Counted from the stretch's first letter, positions 27,250 through 37,294 are shown. The stretch: DNA of 64,000 nt from an uncultured Pseudomonadales bacterium (GCA_964511345.1 CAZEEV010000001.1:8089-72088), one strand, 5' to 3'. The notes: a model not told the origin generated them from the letters alone. Translations and numbers: made by a program.

Positions 27250-27400
27250 TGGATCTTTGTTTTTGACTATTAACCACCCAAAGGGTCTCCGTAGATGCTC
27301 TGCAAATTTGTCTTGCAGGTCCGATCGCTATTTAACTTTTAAGATTAAATAACATCCCTCTTCCTCGTCTCCTTGTTTTTTAAGCAAGGCCACACGCTCG
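27250..27400 (-). ncRNA. candidate glmS ribozyme in the glmS 5'UTR
   Basis: The minus-strand RNA reads 'GUCGA|GCGUGUGG-CCUUGcuuaaaaaaCAAGG-AGACGAGGAAGAGGGA...'. It has a P1 hairpin directly followed by the highly conserved core 'AGACGAGGnnGAGGGA' (B. subtilis: AGACGAGGUGGAGGGA). Downstream hairpins are CUGCAAgacaaaUUUGCAG and ACCCuuuGGGU. The position and strand relative to glmS are as expected. Confidence 0.55.
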
Positions 27401-27509
27401 ACTTAAATACTGATGTTTTTCCTTTCTGTTAATTACTATTAACTTTAAGTATAGCACTACAATTTTTTAAAATTGCCTTTTTACTCTTTTTATAATAAAC
27501 TTTTCTGAC

Positions 27510-27953
27510 ATGAAACAAAAAATTATTACCCTTCTCGTAGTGGTTTTAATAGCAGGCCTTTTATCCCTGGTGGTTATTGGCAGTAATAATAAAGAGAAAA
27601 AAACAGCAGAACAAAAAATTGAGGAGTTGAAAAATGCTGAACCAATTTTTTACTACGGCAATACTTGTCCACACTGCAAGGATGTTGAAGAGTGGTTTAA
27701 AGCTAATCAAGTTGAAGAAAAAATTAAATTTAGCCAAAAAGAAGTTTATGACAATAGAGAAAATGCTGCTGAGTTGACTAAGGTGGCAGTTAGCTGTGGT
27801 TTGGATGCCAATAATATTGGTGTGCCATTTTTATATGCCGAGGGTCAATGTTTAATTGGTTCTCCAGATATCATTAGTTACTTTGCTCAAAAACTAAACA
27901 TAGAAGTGACAACAACTGAAGAGGCCAGTGCTGCTACAGAGTTAAATAACTAA
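27510..27953 (+). CDS. thioredoxin-fold thiol:disulfide oxidoreductase (CPHC motif), membrane-anchored/secreted
   Basis: An N-terminal TM/signal segment, then 'YYGNTCPHCKDVEEWF' (CxxC). Confidence 0.5.
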   Translation: MKQKIITLLVVVLIAGLLSLVVIGSNNKEKKTAEQKIEELKNAEPIFYYGNTCPHCKDVEEWFKANQVEEKIKFSQKEVYDNRENAAELTKVAVSCGLDANNIGVPFLYAEGQCLIGSPDIISYFAQKLNIEVTTTEEASAATELNN

Positions 27954-29065
27954 ATTTGTTCTCTGATAAATTTTTGTATTTCAGTCCAATTATTCATGCC
28001 GGCTTTGGGAATGACTATTGATGCTCCTTCGCTCGATCTGCTACTTTGCAAAGTATTCTCTGGAGTGAGATTGATTGTTTTGACTTCAAATTCGTTTGCA
28101 TTGGCTAATAGTGGAGCTAAATATTTAGCGCTTTCTAGATCGAGATTGGTGGTTACGTGTTTAGAAAAAGCCTCGTAAAATTTAGGGATTTGTTTGAGGG
28201 CTTCCAATTTAAATAATTTATTACGAATGGCTGTTAGTACTTCGACTTGGCGGCGACTACGATCATAATCGCTAGAACTGTGGCGCGAGCGTACGTACGC
28301 GAGCGCATCGTGTCCTTCCATAATAACTTTGCCTTGCTTATACAAAAGATGTTCATAGCGGCAGGCAAATTTACTTTCTAGTTCGAAACCACTATGAGTG
28401 GCGGTTAAATTGGCGATTTCTTCTGCACTGTAGCCACAGGGATCGAGTTGAGCGCCTTCAATTGGATACCAAGCGTCTTCTAAGGTTTGGCCAACATCAA
28501 CTTCAATACTATTTAGCTCATAGCCAACGACACGCTTAAAACCAACAAAATCAATGCCAATCATGTATTTAATTGGCAAGCCAATCATTTGGCTAATACT
28601 TGTTTGCATGAGTTCTAATCCAGATTTAACACCGCCGCCATTGCTCATGCCTGCACTCATGAGTGTATTAACCTTATATCCTTTTTGATCTTTGTTGACT
28701 AAGTAAAGATCTCTGGGAATAGAAATAAAACTAATAATCTTTTTTTCAAAGTCAAAATGAACAACCTGAATAATGTCGCTCAAATATCCGCCTTGATGAC
28801 CTGCGCCACCATAACCAGCTAGTAAGACATTGAGGGTTTTTTTATCTTCTTCTTGGACATTATTTGGATCCAAACTAATTGCTTGGTCAAAATCAATGGG
28901 ATTGTTTGTATCTTCTGAAACGATAGTCTTGTGTTGAGCAAAATAACGGTAGCTGACTACTGCGGAAACACTAATGAGCAAAAGGGCAATTGCCGAAAAT
29001 ACGGAATAAAGTATGATCTTTTGTTTTTTTTCTAAATTTCTTTTTCTTTGAAAATATTTAAACAT
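27950..29065 (-). CDS. LytR-CpsA-Psr (LCP) family protein
   Basis: An N-terminal TM, then 'LLAGYGGAGHQGGYLSDIIQVVHFD...SIPRDLYL' matching the LCP core. Confidence 0.75.
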   Translation of the reverse strand: MFKYFQRKRNLEKKQKIILYSVFSAIALLLISVSAVVSYRYFAQHKTIVSEDTNNPIDFDQAISLDPNNVQEEDKKTLNVLLAGYGGAGHQGGYLSDIIQVVHFDFEKKIISFISIPRDLYLVNKDQKGYKVNTLMSAGMSNGGGVKSGLELMQTSISQMIGLPIKYMIGIDFVGFKRVVGYELNSIEVDVGQTLEDAWYPIEGAQLDPCGYSAEEIANLTATHSGFELESKFACRYEHLLYKQGKVIMEGHDALAYVRSRHSSSDYDRSRRQVEVLTAIRNKLFKLEALKQIPKFYEAFSKHVTTNLDLESAKYLAPLLANANEFEVKTINLTPENTLQSSRSSEGASIVIPKAGMNNWTEIQKFIREQI

Positions 29066-29427
29066 TAGTCTTTAAAATCTTCTTTAATTTTTTTGAATTT
29101 TTCTTCTAGTGCATCAATTTCTTCGTCGGTGTCTTCTTCAATTTCAATAAGCTTGTTGCTAGCAGCCTTAGTAACTTTAATTAATTCATCTAATTTTAAG
29201 TGTATAGCCTTAGAGTCACGATTTTGCGTATTTTGAATCAAGAATACCATCAAAAAAGTAATGATAGTGGTGGTGGTGTTGATGGCTAATTGCCAGGTGT
29301 CAGAGTAATTAAATAATGGCCCGCTAATTAACCAAATGATAACCATCGAAACAGCAAGAATAAAGGTAATGGCTTTGCCGGTGATGATAGCTATTTTATC
29401 TGAGATTTTGCGAAATAATTTGTTCAT
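29065..29427 (-). CDS. low-affinity iron permease-like small membrane protein (Fet4-like bacterial family)
   Basis: 'FNYSDTWQLAINTTTTIITFLMVFLIQNTQNRDSKAIHLKLDELI' resembles the PF04120-type conserved block. TAATG overlap with the LCP gene. Confidence 0.5.
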   Translation of the reverse strand: MNKLFRKISDKIAIITGKAITFILAVSMVIIWLISGPLFNYSDTWQLAINTTTTIITFLMVFLIQNTQNRDSKAIHLKLDELIKVTKAASNKLIEIEEDTDEEIDALEEKFKKIKEDFKD

Positions 29428-29503
29428 GTTTTCGAGTATAAACAATAAATTCACTTATCACAACCGCCGTGAGGTTGGTGGCTTTTAATGCTATAATTTC
29501 CTC

Positions 29504-30214
29504 ATGACAGAAATTTTTCAAGCCAAAGAATTTGTTTTTCCTTATGAGAGTCATCGTTTTCCCGGCCAAGCCACTGATGAGAGAATTCTTTATATTGCCA
29601 GAGAACATAAGCTTTTTTTGTTTCTAAAAATGTTTTTTGTCGCCTTGATTGCTGTAGCAATTTCTTTAGCTTTTTATGTCTTTTCTTTAGCTTTTAAAAG
29701 TATTTTCGTTGCCAATTCAGTGGCATTTTTATTTCCATTGATCTTAATTGTAGTAGGTGGTTTTGCGGCAATTGGTTTTTGGTGGGTTTATAGTTTATGG
29801 CAGAAAAGCTTAGCTATTTTGACTAATAAACGTTTGACTAAAATTGTTTATACCACTCCTTTTAATCGTTACAACCAAAGCCTGCCATTGGAAATGGTTG
29901 TTGATACGAGCTGCAATAATCAAGGCTTTTTTGCAGGCGTAGCGCACTCTCTTTTACAAATTGGGACTTTAACTGCACGTTCTAGTGCTTCAAGTTCTGG
30001 TGTTGCCACCGACGACACAGACAGAATTAATAAAAAATATTTCTATTTAGAGAACATTAAATATTGCGAAGATTTGCAACAATACTTAAATAAAATTTTG
30101 AGTTTGTTTAATCAGTCTCCAGAATCTTTAGTAAATTTCAGACCTTTCATTCCAGCTCTCAAGGGTGAAGCTAGAGAAAAGTTCATCAAAGAGAACTACA
30201 GTGATAAAGCATAA
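29504..30214 (+). CDS. membrane protein with bacterial PH-like (YdbS/YdbT-like) organisation
   Basis: Two adjacent TM helices followed by a soluble domain. Assignment is weak. Confidence 0.4.
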   Translation: MTEIFQAKEFVFPYESHRFPGQATDERILYIAREHKLFLFLKMFFVALIAVAISLAFYVFSLAFKSIFVANSVAFLFPLILIVVGGFAAIGFWWVYSLWQKSLAILTNKRLTKIVYTTPFNRYNQSLPLEMVVDTSCNNQGFFAGVAHSLLQIGTLTARSSASSSGVATDDTDRINKKYFYLENIKYCEDLQQYLNKILSLFNQSPESLVNFRPFIPALKGEAREKFIKENYSDKA

Positions 30215-30218
30215 GCCC

Positions 30219-31379
30219 ATGTTCGACGATAATCTTCAAGATATTTTAAATAAATATGACTATCCGCTGGATGAAAAAAAGATTGCCAATCAACCGGCTT
30301 TTCCTCGCGATTCCTCTAAGCTTTTAATTTTAAATAGACAAACTGGAGCAATAGAAGATCATCATTTTTATGAATTAGCTGATTTTTTATCAGATCAGGA
30401 TGTTTTAGTCCTCAATGAAACTAAAGTTTTTTCTGCTAGGCTGCTTGGCAAAAAACAAAGTGGTGGTAAGGCAGAACTTTTACTAATCAAGCAAATTGGT
30501 TTAGACAGTTTTGAAGCCATTTCCAAACCAGGTCTAAAAATGGGTCAAAGATTATTCTTTCCCAGAAGAAGTTTTTTGGAAAGTGACGGTAGTTTGTCAG
30601 CCGATTTAGATTTTACTGATTTTCTCCAGGCAGAAATAATTTTTAGAGATGAAAATAGTGCTAAGGTTCAAGTAAAATTCAATCAAAATGGCATCAATCT
30701 ACTTAGAGAAATTGATCTTTGTGGTTTTACTCCTTTACCTCCATACATTAGGCCAACTCAAAGTGAAGAAGAAATTAAAGAAGAATATCAGACAGTTTAC
30801 GCTAGGGAAGAAGGTTCAGCGGCGGCTCCAACTGCGGGATTACATTTCACGCAGGAACTTCTAGATAAACTAAAACAAAAAGGTGTGCAGATTGAAAAAA
30901 TTACTTTGCACGTAGGACTAGGAACTTTTGCCAAACTAACTAGCGAAAATTTAGCCTCCAAAACTTTGCACAGCGAATATTATGAAATTTCCAAGGAAGT
31001 TGCTGATCGCCTTAACCAAGCTAAGAAGCTTGGTAAGAGAATAATCTCAGTGGGAACAACCACGACTCGTAGTTTAGAGTCAGCAGTGCTTCTTTCTGCT
31101 TCTCAAAAAGAAATTTGTGCAGTGGCTAAAGAAACTAATATCTTTATTGATCCGCCTTACCAGTTTCATTTTGTCGATGGCTTGATTACTAATTTTCATT
31201 TACCAAAATCAAGTTTATTAATGCTGGTCTCTGCTTTTTGTTCTATCCCAAATACTAAGCAGGAGTTTACAGATTTTCTAAGTTCAAGTATTGGGCAAGC
31301 TTACCTTAATGCACTCGAGAACGATTACCGTTTTTTTAGCTTCGGTGATGCGATGCTAATCACAGACTCTAAACTCTAA
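30219..31379 (+). CDS. queA: S-adenosylmethionine:tRNA ribosyltransferase-isomerase
   Basis: 'FDYPLDEKKIANQPAFPRDSSKLLIL', 'ISVGTTTTRSLES' and C-terminal 'FFSFGDAMLI' are QueA hallmarks. Confidence 0.9.
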   Translation: MFDDNLQDILNKYDYPLDEKKIANQPAFPRDSSKLLILNRQTGAIEDHHFYELADFLSDQDVLVLNETKVFSARLLGKKQSGGKAELLLIKQIGLDSFEAISKPGLKMGQRLFFPRRSFLESDGSLSADLDFTDFLQAEIIFRDENSAKVQVKFNQNGINLLREIDLCGFTPLPPYIRPTQSEEEIKEEYQTVYAREEGSAAAPTAGLHFTQELLDKLKQKGVQIEKITLHVGLGTFAKLTSENLASKTLHSEYYEISKEVADRLNQAKKLGKRIISVGTTTTRSLESAVLLSASQKEICAVAKETNIFIDPPYQFHFVDGLITNFHLPKSSLLMLVSAFCSIPNTKQEFTDFLSSSIGQAYLNALENDYRFFSFGDAMLITDSKL

Positions 31380-31526
31380 TCATAGCCACATTCGACTAAA
31401 ATTGTTTGGTTTAATAGATCTGAAAATCTTTGTCTCATTCAAAGAAGTCGCTGTTGATGTGCTTATTAGTTTAGTATAGTCTTTGCCCAGCTCCTTCTAT
31501 GGGCTATGATTAGAGTTTAGAGTCTG
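31363..31526. repeat. 164 bp element with perfect 25 bp terminal inverted repeats (cagactctaaactctaatcatagcc / ggctatgattagagtttagagtctg)
   Basis: Read directly. The left arm overlaps the last 5 codons plus stop of queA. The right arm ends 24 nt before the helicase ATG. Confidence 0.85.
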
Positions 31527-31549
31527 CATTATAAAGATATAAAAAGTTT

Positions 31550-32719
31550 ATGGATATTTCTAACGATAAAAAACTAGCGCTTAAAAGTATTTTGCAGTGG
31601 TATGCCAAAGAGGTAGATCACAAACAATTTGTGACTTTGGGTGGCTATGCTGGAACAGGCAAGACTACCTTAATTGCTATTTTACGTAAGCTTCTATTTA
31701 AACAAGATCCGAAGCTCAAAGTAGCTTTTGCAGCTTTCACGGGAAAAGCGACTAGAGTTTTGAAGAACTATCTCAAAGATAATGAAGTTTTGTATAAAGG
31801 TGACAGTGTGGGAACCATTCATTCTTTGATTTACAGTGTCATTGAAAATGAGCATCATGAAATCGTAGGTTGGAAACGTAAAGAAGAACTCAAAACTGAT
31901 TTAATTATCATCGATGAAGCCTCCATGGTGGATCAAAAAATTTGGTATGACCTACTTTCCTACGACGTGCCTATTTTGGCCGTGGGTGATCATGGGCAGT
32001 TGCCTCCAGTCAGCGGGCAATTTAACCTCATGGAAAATCCAGAGATTAAATTAGAAGAAATTCATCGTCAGGTGGCTGATAATCCTATTATTAAGCTATC
32101 CATCGAAGCCAGAAAGTATGGCCGCATTAAAATTGGTAATTATGGCAAAGGAGTTCGTAAGTTAGCTAAAGATGATCCAGAATCACAGGAAATTATTGAA
32201 AATTATTTGCAGCAATATAATCAAGAAACGCTGATTTTATGTGGTTACAATAATACCCGCATTAAATTAAATAATTATTTGCGCAATATTTTAGGTTACG
32301 ATTCTCCTTTACCGATGGCTGGTGATCGAGTGATTTGTTTACGTAATAAGCAACAAAAAGCTATTTTCAATGGCATGCTGGGAACATTGCAGAGAATTAC
32401 CAGTAAAGATGATAATTTTTATGACGTGAAAATTCTCTTTGATGATGAAGAACAAGTTTTTGAAGGTTTAGCCGTGAAAAAACAATTTGGCTCGAGTGCG
32501 GCTCTTAATTTCACAAGAGAATCTCGCGCCTTAACTTTGCAGGCTGAGCTTTTTGATTTTGCCTATGCTCTCACAGTCCATAAGGCACAGGGTAGCCAAG
32601 CAAGTAGAGTCATTCTTTTTGAAGAACGTTTCAAACAAATGTCAGATTTGGATTGGCGCCGTTGGCTTTACACGGCTGTTACTAGAGCAGAAGAAGAACT
32701 AATTATTCTTGGCGATTAG
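31550..32719 (+). CDS. RecD/Dda-like SF1B DNA helicase (AAA_30 + UvrD_C_2 type)
   Basis: Walker A 'GYAGTGKTT', Walker B 'IIIDEASMV', 'AVGDHGQLPPV' and C-terminal 'YALTVHKAQGSQ'. Confidence 0.75.
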   Translation: MDISNDKKLALKSILQWYAKEVDHKQFVTLGGYAGTGKTTLIAILRKLLFKQDPKLKVAFAAFTGKATRVLKNYLKDNEVLYKGDSVGTIHSLIYSVIENEHHEIVGWKRKEELKTDLIIIDEASMVDQKIWYDLLSYDVPILAVGDHGQLPPVSGQFNLMENPEIKLEEIHRQVADNPIIKLSIEARKYGRIKIGNYGKGVRKLAKDDPESQEIIENYLQQYNQETLILCGYNNTRIKLNNYLRNILGYDSPLPMAGDRVICLRNKQQKAIFNGMLGTLQRITSKDDNFYDVKILFDDEEQVFEGLAVKKQFGSSAALNFTRESRALTLQAELFDFAYALTVHKAQGSQASRVILFEERFKQMSDLDWRRWLYTAVTRAEEELIILGD

Positions 32720-32736
32720 GCGCTATAATACCAAGT

Positions 32737-33483
32737 ATGAAAATTCGTTTGAATAAATTTCTAGCTGATCTTGGTCTTGCTTCTCGTCGTAAGGCTGATG
32801 TCTTGATTGAAGAAGGAAAAGTTCTGCTCAATCATAAAAAAGCCAAGCTTGGTGACAAAGTTGATCCAACTCAGGACGAAGTGATGCTCAACGGTAAGAG
32901 ACTTGATCAAGGCAATAAAGAAAATTTTGAATATTGGCTGCTCAATAAACCTTTTAATGTTATTTCTAGTGTTAGTGATGAAGCAAACCGTAAAACTGTT
33001 TTTGATTACGTCAAAAGCAAAACCAAGGCCAGAGTCTATCCAGTGGGACGTTTGGATTATCAATCAGAAGGTCTTTTATTGATGACTAATGATGGAGAAT
33101 TAGCTCATCGTTTAACTCATCCTAAATATCAGGTGGAGAAAGTTTATAAAGTTTGGGCAAACGGCATTTTTTCTGAAGGAAAAATGGAAAGATTACTACG
33201 CGGTGTGCGTTTATCTGAAGGTAAAATTTCTTTCGATAAAATGGAATTAATTGAAAAAGAAGGTCGCGATTTTGTACTTAAAATTGCCATCCACCAAGGC
33301 GTCAAACGCGAGATTCGTCGTGTTTGTGCTAAGGTCGGTTGGGAAGTGACTAAATTACTGAGAGTTCAGTTGGGTAATTTGGTAATGACTAATTTAACCG
33401 TTGGCAATGTTAGAAAATTAGAAGAACAAGAAGTAAAAGACTTACAAAAATTGGTAGGTTTGGATGAAAACTCTAATCTTTGA
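32737..33483 (+). CDS. rRNA pseudouridine synthase (RsuA/RluB family) with N-terminal S4 domain
   Basis: 'RLNKFLADLGLASRRKA' is an S4 domain. 'PVGRLDYQSEGLLLMTNDGELAHRLTHP' holds the catalytic Asp motif. Confidence 0.85.
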   Translation: MKIRLNKFLADLGLASRRKADVLIEEGKVLLNHKKAKLGDKVDPTQDEVMLNGKRLDQGNKENFEYWLLNKPFNVISSVSDEANRKTVFDYVKSKTKARVYPVGRLDYQSEGLLLMTNDGELAHRLTHPKYQVEKVYKVWANGIFSEGKMERLLRGVRLSEGKISFDKMELIEKEGRDFVLKIAIHQGVKREIRRVCAKVGWEVTKLLRVQLGNLVMTNLTVGNVRKLEEQEVKDLQKLVGLDENSNL

Positions 33484-34084
33484 TTTTGATGGTACGCTGG
33501 TCGATAGCATGCAACTTTATGTGCGCGGCTTTAATGCGATTGGTGCAGATTTTGGTTTGCCCAAAATTGATAAACATAACTTGCAGGAGATGAAGCAATC
33601 TTCAATTCAAGATTTAACCAAAAAATATGGTATTGGTCCATTGAAATTAGCCAAATTAATTTTCACAGTCAATAAAAATATTAGACAAGAAATAGCCACG
33701 GTAGAATTTTTTCCAAAAATCAAACCTTTGTTAATCAGGCTTTCCAAGAAATACCAATTGGGTATTTTAACTTCCAATCATGTAGAAAATGTCGAGGATT
33801 TTTTGAAGAAACAAAATTTCGAAGGAGTTTTCGATTTTGTTTATGCCAGCAAGAATTTATTTGGTAAAGATAAAATATTAAGTGGCTTATTAAAGAAATA
33901 TCATCTAAAGAAAGAAGAAGTTTTATATTTGGGCGATGAGATGCGAGATATCGAAGCCTGCCAAAAAATGCAGGTTAAAATAGCGGCTGTAACTTGGGGT
34001 TTTAATGACAAAAGTCTACTTGCTGCTAAAAATCCAGACTACTTGTTTTCCTCTCCTGATGAAATTGCTACTTTATTGATCTAG
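33464..34084 (+). CDS. HAD-family hydrolase
   Basis: Motif I 'LIFDFDGTLVDS', a motif II Ser/Thr, and motif IV 'GDEMRDIEA'. Confidence 0.7.
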   Translation: MKTLIFDFDGTLVDSMQLYVRGFNAIGADFGLPKIDKHNLQEMKQSSIQDLTKKYGIGPLKLAKLIFTVNKNIRQEIATVEFFPKIKPLLIRLSKKYQLGILTSNHVENVEDFLKKQNFEGVFDFVYASKNLFGKDKILSGLLKKYHLKKEEVLYLGDEMRDIEACQKMQVKIAAVTWGFNDKSLLAAKNPDYLFSSPDEIATLLI

Positions 34085-34141
34085 TCTAATCATTAGTGTT
34101 TGCTTGTATCCCTATCTTTTTGCGAGTATAATACCTTCTTT

Positions 34142-35989
34142 ATGCAAATTCGAAACATTGCCATCATTGCTCACGTGGATCACGGTAAAACTACCCTGAT
34201 CGATGGAATGTTGAAACAAACTCACGCTTTCCGTGAAAACCAAGCTGAAATGGCCCAAAGCACGATTTTAGACAGTAATGATCTAGAAAGAGAAAAAGGA
34301 ATTACCATTTTAGCTAAAAACACTGCTGTTTTTTACAAAAGTGAAGCCGGTGAAGACTATAAAATCAATATCATCGATACTCCAGGTCACGCAGACTTTG
34401 CTGGTGAAGTAGAACGTGTTATCAGTATGGCTGACGGTGCCGTTCTTTTGGTGGATGCCGCTGAGGGTCCACTTCCTCAAACTCGTTTTGTTTTGGAGCA
34501 GGCTCTTAAACAAAAACTCAAAATGATTGTGATACTTAACAAAATTGATCGTCGCGATGCTGAACCGGACAGAGTTTTGACTCAAGTGGAAGAATTATTT
34601 CTTAATATTGCTAATGATGAATCTCAATTATTATTCCCAATTCTTTATGCCGTTGGTCGTGATGGTAAAGTTTGGAATGATTTACCAGAAAATGAAGTCG
34701 GCAATGCAGAAGAGATTGCCAAACATCCAGGAGATTTGCGACCTATTTTTGAAGAAATCATTCGCACTGTCCCTGCTCCAAGAGTGAATGGCGAATTGCC
34801 TTTCAAAATGCAGGTTTCAACTTTAGACTTTGATACCTACAAAGGCACTTATGCGATTGGTAAAGTTACTCAGGGCTTAGTTAAAAAAGGCCAACGTTTA
34901 GTAATTTTAAATGAGAATGAAAAAGTTGGTGAAATGTCAGTTGCTCATTTGATGACTAGTGATGGTTTAAACAGACAAGAAATTGAGACCAGCCAGGCTG
35001 GAGACATTGTGGCTATTACAGGTATTGAAAATATTGCCATTGGTCAAACTTTAGCTGCTTTAGGTGAAACTCAAGGTTTTCCAAGTATTACTGTTACGGA
35101 GCCAACTTTGAAAATTCGCATTGCTGCCAATACTTCACCATTTGCTGGTAAAGAAGGTGATTTTTGTACTATTCGCCAAATTGCCGAACGTTTACGCAAA
35201 GAACAGAAAACTAATCTAGGACTTCGTATAGAAGGTTTAGAAGGCGGTGCTTTCAATGTGGCCGGTCGTGGTGAATTACACTTAGCTATCTTGATTGAAA
35301 CCATGCGTCGTGAAGGTTACGAAATGGAACTCTCCAAACCTCAGGTGATTATCAAAGAAGTCGATGGTGTCAAAATGGAACCTTATGAAGAGATGACTAT
35401 TGAAATTGCCCAAGATTTCATGGGGATTATCACTGAAGAATTGGGTAGAAGAAAAGCTAAATTAATTGACAGTATGACTAACAGCAAGGGCATAACCAGA
35501 ATGGTTTATGAGGTTAGTAGTCGCAACATTTTGGGTTTTAGAAGTCAAATTTTGACCAAAACCAGAGGTAATGGTTTATTTAGTTCTCGCTTTTTGGAGC
35601 ATGCACCACTGAGCGCTGATTTACCTCAGTTACGTAATGGTGCGTTGATTGCCACCGAATCTGGAACTGCCACTGCTTATGCTTTGGAAACTATCCAAGA
35701 GCGCGGCAAGACCTTTATTAATCCTGGAGAAGCGGTTTACGAAGGACAAATTATTGGTTTGCGCAATCAACAAGAAGATTTGGAAGTCAATGTTTGTAAA
35801 GCCAAAAAATTAACTAACTTCAGATCTAATGCAGATGTTTTAACAGTTTTAGATACACGTATCGAACTTAGTTTGGAGCAATGCTTAGACTTTATTGAAG
35901 ATGATGAACTTTTGGAAGTGACGCCTAAAAACTTGCGTTTGCGTAAACGTTATCTTAGTAAATTGCAACGCAATAAACAAAGTCGCTAA
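34142..35989 (+). CDS. typA: translational GTPase TypA/BipA
   Basis: 'IRNIAIIAHVDHGKTTL', 'DTPGHADF' and 'NKIDR' are EF-G-like domains without domain IV. The start was set at MQIRN. Confidence 0.9.
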   Translation: MQIRNIAIIAHVDHGKTTLIDGMLKQTHAFRENQAEMAQSTILDSNDLEREKGITILAKNTAVFYKSEAGEDYKINIIDTPGHADFAGEVERVISMADGAVLLVDAAEGPLPQTRFVLEQALKQKLKMIVILNKIDRRDAEPDRVLTQVEELFLNIANDESQLLFPILYAVGRDGKVWNDLPENEVGNAEEIAKHPGDLRPIFEEIIRTVPAPRVNGELPFKMQVSTLDFDTYKGTYAIGKVTQGLVKKGQRLVILNENEKVGEMSVAHLMTSDGLNRQEIETSQAGDIVAITGIENIAIGQTLAALGETQGFPSITVTEPTLKIRIAANTSPFAGKEGDFCTIRQIAERLRKEQKTNLGLRIEGLEGGAFNVAGRGELHLAILIETMRREGYEMELSKPQVIIKEVDGVKMEPYEEMTIEIAQDFMGIITEELGRRKAKLIDSMTNSKGITRMVYEVSSRNILGFRSQILTKTRGNGLFSSRFLEHAPLSADLPQLRNGALIATESGTATAYALETIQERGKTFINPGEAVYEGQIIGLRNQQEDLEVNVCKAKKLTNFRSNADVLTVLDTRIELSLEQCLDFIEDDELLEVTPKNLRLRKRYLSKLQRNKQSR

Positions 35990-36035
35990 ACGCTTTTGCA
36001 ACTCTTTTCATTTTCGGGTAAAATTAGTCTCATTG

Positions 36036-37259
36036 ATGACTGATCTTGCTAAACCTCTCGCTGCTTTAATTCGTCCTGAATCTCTTGAGGATTTTATTGG
36101 TCAAGATCATTTGGTGGGTGCAGGTAAGCCGATCAAAGCGGCCATGGACTTACAAGCAATTTTTTCGATGATTTTTTGGGGTCCTCCTGGAGTTGGCAAA
36201 ACTACTTTGGCGAGAATTATTGCCAAAGAAAGTGACCGCGAATTTATAGAAATCTCTGCAGTTTCTGCTGGTAAAGCCGATATTCGCAAAATTGTTGAAG
36301 ATAGTCGCAAACAAAAAGGCTTATTAGAGGATTATCGTGCGCCAATTTTATTCATTGATGAAATTCATCGTTTTAATAAAGCTCAGCAAGATTATCTTTT
36401 ACCTTTTGTCGAAGAAGGCGTTTTAATTCTGATTGGCGCTACTACGGAAAATCCTTCCTTTGAAATTATCTCTCCATTACTTTCTCGCATGAGAGTGTTT
36501 ATTTTTAAGGCTCTAAGTGAAGAGGAGATGAAAAAAGTTCTGACGATGGCGGTTAAAAAAATTCAGGAAAATGAAAAATTAATAAATAAGAAAGCTAAAA
36601 AAATTGCTGTACCCACCAAAAGTGAAGAATTCCTTCTCAATTATAGCTCCGGTGATGCACGCAAACTTTTGACCCTTATAGACAATACTTTTACACTTTA
36701 CGGCAATTTACAACTAGAATCACTCAAGAATTCCTTACAATCTAAACACTTAAGTTACGATAAAAAAGGTCCAGAACACTACGAAACGATTAGCGCTTTT
36801 ATCAAAAGCATGCGAGCTGGTGATCCTAATGCCGCTCTTTATTATTTAGCGCGCATGGTAGAGGCCGGCGAAGATCCGCTTTTTATTGCTCGTCGCATGG
36901 TGGTTTTTGCCTCAGAAGACATTGGCTTAGCGGTACCAACTGCTCTGGTGGTTGCCAATGCCGTTTTTCAAGCCTGTCAGACGATTGGTTATCCAGAATG
37001 TCGAGAGAATTTAGCTCATGGCGTGGCTTATTTAGCTACCTGCAAGAAAGATCGCAGTGCTTACGACGCCTACATGGCCGCTGTGGCCGATGTACAAAAA
37101 TTTGGCAACTTAGAAATTCCGATGAGCATTAAAAATCCAGAAACCAATCTCCTTAAAGAAATTGGCTACGGCAAAGGTTATGAAATGTATCCTAAAGCGG
37201 GCGTGAGTTTGCTGCCTGACCAACTCAAAGGAAAACAATATCTTAAGCTTAAAAAATAG
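36036..37259 (+). CDS. rarA: replication-associated recombination protein A (AAA+ ATPase)
   Basis: 'FWGPPGVGKTTLARIIA', 'LFIDEIHRFNKAQQD' and the MgsA C-terminal domain. Confidence 0.85.
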   Translation: MTDLAKPLAALIRPESLEDFIGQDHLVGAGKPIKAAMDLQAIFSMIFWGPPGVGKTTLARIIAKESDREFIEISAVSAGKADIRKIVEDSRKQKGLLEDYRAPILFIDEIHRFNKAQQDYLLPFVEEGVLILIGATTENPSFEIISPLLSRMRVFIFKALSEEEMKKVLTMAVKKIQENEKLINKKAKKIAVPTKSEEFLLNYSSGDARKLLTLIDNTFTLYGNLQLESLKNSLQSKHLSYDKKGPEHYETISAFIKSMRAGDPNAALYYLARMVEAGEDPLFIARRMVVFASEDIGLAVPTALVVANAVFQACQTIGYPECRENLAHGVAYLATCKKDRSAYDAYMAAVADVQKFGNLEIPMSIKNPETNLLKEIGYGKGYEMYPKAGVSLLPDQLKGKQYLKLKK

Positions 37260-37294
37260 ACATTTTAAGTTATAATAATCGAGTTGTTTAAAAA

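Noticed and set aside
27170-27250. Small hairpin aattaaga...tcttaatt between the ribozyme candidate and the glmS start
   Set aside because: It is a short AT-rich stem of low stability. It is probably part of the UTR linker with no distinct feature.
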